Source: Myxococcota bacterium
GTDB taxonomy: Bacteria; Myxococcota_A; SURF-8
Direction of reading: 5' to 3'
Assembly (NCBI GenBank): GCA_965140415.1
Contig: OZ223209.1
Location: 2,432,001-2,496,000, forward strand
DNA length: 64,000 nt
In this document: in pieces, positions 59,252 through 64,000 of the stretch
Numbering within the stretch: the stretch's first letter is position 1
Layout of the letters: every line of letters starts with the position of its first letter
The notes under the pieces: generated by a model
Told to the model about the DNA's origin: nothing
The model's database searches: none
Seen by the model: the letters and a program-made list of their open reading frames with translations, nothing else
Position numbers and translations under genes: made by a program

Positions 59252-60286
59252 TTATCTGATATTGCAGGGATTGAATGATTGCGGTTGGATATCCCGCTCC
59301 TGCTCTCCTGGTTCCTCGTCCAACTGGGTCGAACCGGACCAGTGAACGCATCCTTCGTAAACTCCGGATTCTCTAGCGATCTCGGATAGTTGGTTCATCT
59401 GCTGCTTCGTCATCAGTTCACAGTTCGCAAATTGCCAGTTTCGACCGAGTCGCAGGTATTTGTCCTGGCAGAGATTATTGAAGGCGCAGAGTTCCCAGCG
59501 CGAAAGCAGACCGTTGAGTTCTTCTGCCAAAAAGCTACCGATGCCTCGGATGTTTTCGGCTGTATCGGTCGCTCCGGGGATAATCGGCGTACGCACCCAC
59601 AATGTGCCTCCATTGGATTGCAGATAATCGCGAACGTGGCGCAGGTTGTCCTGAATACGCAGATTGTCACTGCCGGTGAAGTTCTTGTGTTTTTCTGAAT
59701 CAATTTCTTTCACGTCGAACAATACCAGATCGGCATGCTTCAACAGACGATCCAGTGCTTCGGGTTGGCATTGGCCACAGGTATCGATAGCGGTATGAAT
59801 GCCTTCTTTGTGCAATCCGGCCAATAATTGCGCCGCCGCTTTCGATTGCAGTGTTACTTCACCACCGGAGAGTGTCACGCCGCCACCCGATTTTTCGAAA
59901 TAGGCGCGGTCTTTCAATAACTCATGCAGCAACTTGTCCACAGGCCAGTCCGTTCCCCATAATTCCAGGGCGGTGCTGGGGCATTCTTCCGCACAAGCGC
60001 CGCAACCTTCGCAACGTTGCCGGTCGATTTGAATACCCTGCGCTGTGGCCGATAGCGCGTTATTGGGACAGACTTCTAGGCAACTGTGACAGCCGATACA
60101 ACGGGATTCGATCCACTGTATTTGCGGGCGTGAATCGATGCTTTCAGGATTGTGGCACCAGGAACAGGCCAGGCTGCATCCTTTCAGAAAAACGGTCGTA
60201 CGGATGCCGGGACCGTCTTCGGTGCTCATACGCTGGATTTCCAACACGCGCAAGCTGGATTCGGAAACTTCGGCGGCAGAAGACAT
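59252..60286 (-). CDS. Glycyl-radical enzyme activating enzyme (radical SAM with 2x[4Fe-4S] insert)
   Basis: EDGPGIRTTVFLKGCSLACSWCHNPES; CIGCHSC..CP and CEGCGAC..CP; GGVTLSGGE. Confidence 0.96.
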   Translation of the reverse strand: MSSAAEVSESSLRVLEIQRMSTEDGPGIRTTVFLKGCSLACSWCHNPESIDSRPQIQWIESRCIGCHSCLEVCPNNALSATAQGIQIDRQRCEGCGACAEECPSTALELWGTDWPVDKLLHELLKDRAYFEKSGGGVTLSGGEVTLQSKAAAQLLAGLHKEGIHTAIDTCGQCQPEALDRLLKHADLVLFDVKEIDSEKHKNFTGSDNLRIQDNLRHVRDYLQSNGGTLWVRTPIIPGATDTAENIRGIGSFLAEELNGLLSRWELCAFNNLCQDKYLRLGRNWQFANCELMTKQQMNQLSEIARESGVYEGCVHWSGSTQLDEEPGEQERDIQPQSFNPCNIR

Positions 60287-60297
60287 CAACAACTCCC

Positions 60298-62814
60298 TTA
60301 GTAACGCTCGTGACTGATGCGGGCGATGACTTCGTCCTGCAATTCTTTTCCGACGCTGGTGAAATAGGCATTATAACCGGTGATGCGCACCAGCAAGTGC
60401 CGGTAATCCTGTGGGTGTTTCTGCGCGTCGCGCAGCATATCGGGATCGAGCATGTTGATTTGCAGCGCAGTCCCGCCATTTTCGGTGTAGCCGCGTAAAA
60501 ACGCTTTGAACTTTTCTCGATGTTCGCCATCTTTTAGCAGCGAAGGATTGAAAGTGATGGTGTGACTGGCTCCGTTTGGCAGGTTGTTGTTATAGCCGTC
60601 CCAATCGCCTTGACCACTTTCGTCTTTTCCTCCCAGAACCTTGCCGACCGAGTTCGCGTTGCTGGTCGGGCCGTTGATATCCGCGCCGTTACTGGGGCAG
60701 ATGGCGTTGGAAAGGAATTGTCCCTTGGGACGTCCATTGGGGCTGGCGGTCATCACAAAGCCGTCTCCGGCCCAATAATTCCAACTGAGCATGCCCGGAC
60801 GGAACTGTCGGTCGGTCGATTTGGTTCGCTGCCGCCAGGTGTGATCGCACCACAAATCCATAACTCGGCGGCCAAGTTCGTCCGCGTGGTCGTCGTCACG
60901 TCCGTATTTCGGCGCTTTGTTCAAAGCTTTGGCCTGTAGTACCTCATGCCCCACCCAGTTGTCTTTTAGTGCAGCAATGAGTTCTTTCATGGTGCAGGCG
61001 CGCTTCTCGTACACCAAGTATTCGATGGCAAGCAGCGAATCGACGGTCGTTGCAAACGTGACTGCTTCCAGCGTGGTAAAGCTGATTTTCGCGCCTCCCT
61101 GGGTGATGTCTTTGCCGGATTCGGCGCAGCCTTGCACCATGCAGGAGAGATAGGGCGTCGGGAAGAATTTGGCGCGGACGGATTCGGAAGCCTCGTACAC
61201 TTCCGCGCATTTTTCGATGATGTAATGGGTCTGTTTTTCGTAAGCGCGCCAGAACTGCTCGAAATTCACAAAGGAACTCGGATCGCCGGTAATTGGACCA
61301 TCCTGGGTGATCGGCGAGACGGCTTTGGTGATCGGATCAACGAAGGGCAGCAGATCCTTGCCGTTTCCCAGCGTCAATTCAACCGCTTTTAACAGGTTCA
61401 GGTTGTTGTCTACCGTGCCGGAGCGGTCGTTTCCAACCATCGTGTTTTCCAGGCAGCCTACTGGGGCGTAGTCGTGAACGTTTTCCGGTGTAATGTCATT
61501 CTTATATGCGCTGGATTTGGCCTCGCGCATCATGCCTGCCATGGAGCGCTCGTCGAAATTCAACAGAAACGGCGCACCCTGGCTGGAGGCGATCATGTCG
61601 GTGACTTTTTCCAGCAAGTCATCCGGCGAGTTGCGGTGCAGGCGGACATTGGGTTTCGGTTCGAGTATCGGTGTCATCTCGTCGATGACTTCCAATATGG
61701 CGTAGGTCAACTCGTTCGTTAAATCCTGCCCGTTTGCGCCAATGCCGGAAAGCGTGAGAAGCTGTCCGAAGCCTGCCGTAATGCCTTGATTTCCATTGCG
61801 AATCTGAGCGTCGTATGCGGTGTTGCAATGCACCCAGAAGCATTTCATGATTTCCTTGCCGAATTCGCGGTCCATCCCGGCCTCGATGGAGCGCTGCCAA
61901 TAAGGCAGCAGATACTGATCGAGACGCCCGAAAGATACCCCCGGTCCGGGATAATTCTCGTCGCTCATCACCAGCATGTGATTGATCCACAGGGCCTGTA
62001 GCGCCTCCCAGAACGTTTGCGGAGGTTCCCAGGGAACGCGCTTGAGGTTATCCGCCATCTGCACTAATTCGGCTTTGCGTGTTTTGTCTGTTTCTTTTCC
62101 TGCCAGAATATGGCAGCGTTCCGCATATTTCCCGGCCAAGTCGCGGGGCATGGTGGCCGCGGTCATCATGGCGCGTAGCTGAGCGCCCTGCGATCCTTTC
62201 TGATCGGATTCGGAAAGCGCTTCGTAGCGGGTCTGCAATTCTTCGTAAACGCCTTTCCAGCCGATTTTCAGCAGCTTTTCGTGACCTGGAATCAGGTGGC
62301 CGCTGGTTGCGCCACTGTTGCCGTAGCCATGATCGTGAAACCATTTGACTTTGGAGCGTGCCCCGCCGGGTTGCATCGCCAAACGGCGGTAGTCGGCGGC
62401 TTCCTGTTTGTTCAGGCACATCGACGTTTGGATGTTGAAACGGGCTCCGGCGATCAGATCCTTCGGTAATATTTCCTGTGGTACATAGTTGACCATGACT
62501 TCCTTGACGAACCAGGCTCGTCGTTCGACCAGCGGCAATGACCAGAAGTCATGCGACAGTTTGACCGGGCGTGCCGCCTGGCGGTAGGAACCGTTTAACG
62601 TGTCGATCAGCGGATAGACTTCCGGGACGATATAAAAGGTCATTTCCTGAAAGACCACATCCCAGTCCGTACCGGTGCCCCAGGAGGTGAACTCGTTGTT
62701 CCAGGCGCGTTGCGCACCTTGGAAGTAATAGTCCCGAAGCCATTGAATGCGCTGGGACAAGGCCTTGGGTTCTTTTAACTGAGGTCGCGTAGAGGGTGTG
62801 GTTGCAACGCTCAT
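60298..62814 (-). CDS. Glycyl radical enzyme of unassigned class
   Basis: SFGRLDQYL, Cys loop APVGCLE (Cys codon 61453-61455), ASPNGR, Gly loop LLVRITGYNAYF (Gly codon 60376-60378); adjacent activase. Confidence 0.95.
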   Translation of the reverse strand: MSVATTPSTRPQLKEPKALSQRIQWLRDYYFQGAQRAWNNEFTSWGTGTDWDVVFQEMTFYIVPEVYPLIDTLNGSYRQAARPVKLSHDFWSLPLVERRAWFVKEVMVNYVPQEILPKDLIAGARFNIQTSMCLNKQEAADYRRLAMQPGGARSKVKWFHDHGYGNSGATSGHLIPGHEKLLKIGWKGVYEELQTRYEALSESDQKGSQGAQLRAMMTAATMPRDLAGKYAERCHILAGKETDKTRKAELVQMADNLKRVPWEPPQTFWEALQALWINHMLVMSDENYPGPGVSFGRLDQYLLPYWQRSIEAGMDREFGKEIMKCFWVHCNTAYDAQIRNGNQGITAGFGQLLTLSGIGANGQDLTNELTYAILEVIDEMTPILEPKPNVRLHRNSPDDLLEKVTDMIASSQGAPFLLNFDERSMAGMMREAKSSAYKNDITPENVHDYAPVGCLENTMVGNDRSGTVDNNLNLLKAVELTLGNGKDLLPFVDPITKAVSPITQDGPITGDPSSFVNFEQFWRAYEKQTHYIIEKCAEVYEASESVRAKFFPTPYLSCMVQGCAESGKDITQGGAKISFTTLEAVTFATTVDSLLAIEYLVYEKRACTMKELIAALKDNWVGHEVLQAKALNKAPKYGRDDDHADELGRRVMDLWCDHTWRQRTKSTDRQFRPGMLSWNYWAGDGFVMTASPNGRPKGQFLSNAICPSNGADINGPTSNANSVGKVLGGKDESGQGDWDGYNNNLPNGASHTITFNPSLLKDGEHREKFKAFLRGYTENGGTALQINMLDPDMLRDAQKHPQDYRHLLVRITGYNAYFTSVGKELQDEVIARISHERY

Positions 62815-63560
62815 GATTCACTCCTTGATGGTTGGTTGGACCGGATCGCAAGATTCAAATGCCGTTCGCCGTGATCGAGCAGACGCGTCATGACGGCGGT
62901 GGCTTTTGCCGCATCGCCCGCTTCGACGGCAAGCAGCAATTCATTATGAAACGATAAGACTTCGTCAATGCGAAGGCTGGGGCTTTGGTAAAACACTTCG
63001 GTGAGATTCAAGGTCAATGCTTTGAATGAATTCAATAAGAGCGGATAGATGGCGTTGTTACTTGCCATGGCGAGTTGATGGTGAAACGAGAAATCAAGCT
63101 CGCATCGCTTTGTCAATTCATCCGTGCTTAATGCCTCTTCCTGCTTCAAGATGCTTTGAAGGGTTTCAAGTTGCTCTTTGGAGCGCTCTAAGCAAGCCAG
63201 CCGGGCGGTTTCCATTTCGATCAGTTTGCGCATGGCCAGAGTGCTTTGAAGCAGGTGAGGTTCCATTGCCGGGCTGCGATAGTTGATCAGCGATTCCAGT
63301 AGCGCCAATGAGCCGCTCTGGCGATAATCGGCAACGACCGCGCCGTGTCTGGGTCGAATGATGACAAGCCCCTTGTACGCAAGATCCACCAGACCTTCAT
63401 GAACGACGGGCCGACTGACTCCGAGTTGGAACGCCAATTCACGCTCGGAAGGCAGGCGCTCGCCAATCGCCAGTTCGCCGGAAAGGATCAGGCTTTCCAA
63501 TTGAGAGATAAACGTTTCTTTGAGATTATCGCTTTTAATTGGTGCAAGTTGTGGTTTCAC
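62811..63560 (-). CDS. GntR/FadR-family transcriptional regulator
   Basis: GERLPSERELAFQLGVSRPVVHEGL wHTH; FCD motif D..FH..LAMASNN. GGGAG RBS before GTG; ATGA overlap with the GRE. Confidence 0.94.
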   Translation of the reverse strand: MKPQLAPIKSDNLKETFISQLESLILSGELAIGERLPSERELAFQLGVSRPVVHEGLVDLAYKGLVIIRPRHGAVVADYRQSGSLALLESLINYRSPAMEPHLLQSTLAMRKLIEMETARLACLERSKEQLETLQSILKQEEALSTDELTKRCELDFSFHHQLAMASNNAIYPLLLNSFKALTLNLTEVFYQSPSLRIDEVLSFHNELLLAVEAGDAAKATAVMTRLLDHGERHLNLAIRSNQPSRSES

Positions 63561-63578
63561 GAAAACGCTCCCACGTTC

Positions 63579-63595
63579 TGGTGGTATTACCACCA
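63579..63595. promoter_or_regulatory. Predicted FadR-type operator
   Basis: Perfect palindrome TGGTGGTA-T-TACCACCA containing the TGGT-N3-ACCA core. Confidence 0.72.
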
Positions 63596-63598
63596 CAA

Positions 63599-63628
63599 AA
63601 TATAAAACCTTCCGCTACTGATTGTCAA
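63599..63628 (-). promoter_or_regulatory. Sigma70-type promoter of the GntR-GRE operon
   Basis: TTGACA-N18-TATATT on the minus strand, immediately upstream of the palindrome. Confidence 0.62.
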
Positions 63629-64000
63629 GTGTAAAAGGAAGTATTGGAATAAACTTTCCAGATCGGGAATTCGAGCCGATTTGCAGGTCTTTTCGACTTT
63701 CCGACCGGTTAAAATTTAAATCGGGCAATCAATGTCAACTGACCGGTGCGCATTTTAAAAAGTGCCGCCAGTTCGTGTAAAGTCGGGGTGTCACAAGTTG
63801 GCAATTCCAGAAGCTATTACACTAAGTGGCACAAAGAGCACCAAAACCACACTAAATGACCGGAGATGAGCAGTAGGATCTTGGCTTGATGCATATGAAA
63901 TGATCCACAGTTGGCCGGTTTGCGCATTTGCTCGACAATCGAGCCGATTCCGACGTTTTTTACTGTGTGTCACCGGTTGGATGTGGATGGTTGTGGAATA

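Noticed and set aside
60298-62814. Calling the GRE pyruvate formate-lyase or isethionate sulfite-lyase (tempting given xsc and ackA)
   Set aside because: It lacks the PFL Cys-Cys pair, I cannot recognise IslA-specific sequence or context, and it lies over 50 kb from xsc.
63791-64000. Minus-strand frame open to the window edge
   Set aside because: Too short and motif-free to call; may be the tail of a gene outside the window.
1-64000. CRISPR arrays, tRNA/rRNA, IS elements, integrases, prophage or defence genes
   Set aside because: None seen; the repeats found are protein-coding (PAS, Ig-like, FG-GAP, DGD) or isolated hairpins.

Overview
Gene-dense chromosomal segment, most likely from an anaerobic or facultative deltaproteobacterial-grade organism (Myxococcota/Desulfobacterota-like). 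That assignment is inferred from a MYXO-CTERM-like tail, Cys-rich and Asp-Gly-Asp-rich lipoproteins, and a glycyl radical enzyme. I found no rRNA, tRNA, CRISPR array, IS or prophage. Left to right: a 5'-truncated double-PAS chemoreceptor and a tandem CxxCxxCC protein; ackA, xsc and a variant serC (organosulfonate dissimilation); SCP2-like protein, Fe-ADH and ferredoxin-nitroreductase; two Zn-peptidase lipoproteins; a CDP-methyl-deoxysugar cluster; Nudix; a PAS-GGDEF cyclase; a Gld-like ABC system; a sulfur-oxidiser-type sat; a 4,200-aa surface lipoprotein with a CsgG-like partner; split transketolase with an SCP2-like protein; MoxR/VWA; several DGD-rich surface proteins; and the best candidate for an undescribed system (50.6-63.6 kb, minus strand). 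That locus has a FadR/GntR regulator with its own operator, a glycyl radical enzyme I cannot assign to a characterised class, its activase, a tandem PNPOx-fold protein, two class-III aminotransferases with reciprocally degenerate active sites (likely an obligate heterodimer), a Zn-dehydrogenase, a surface metallophosphoesterase and a lipoprotein hydrolase. All family calls come from motif recognition by eye; no database searches were run.
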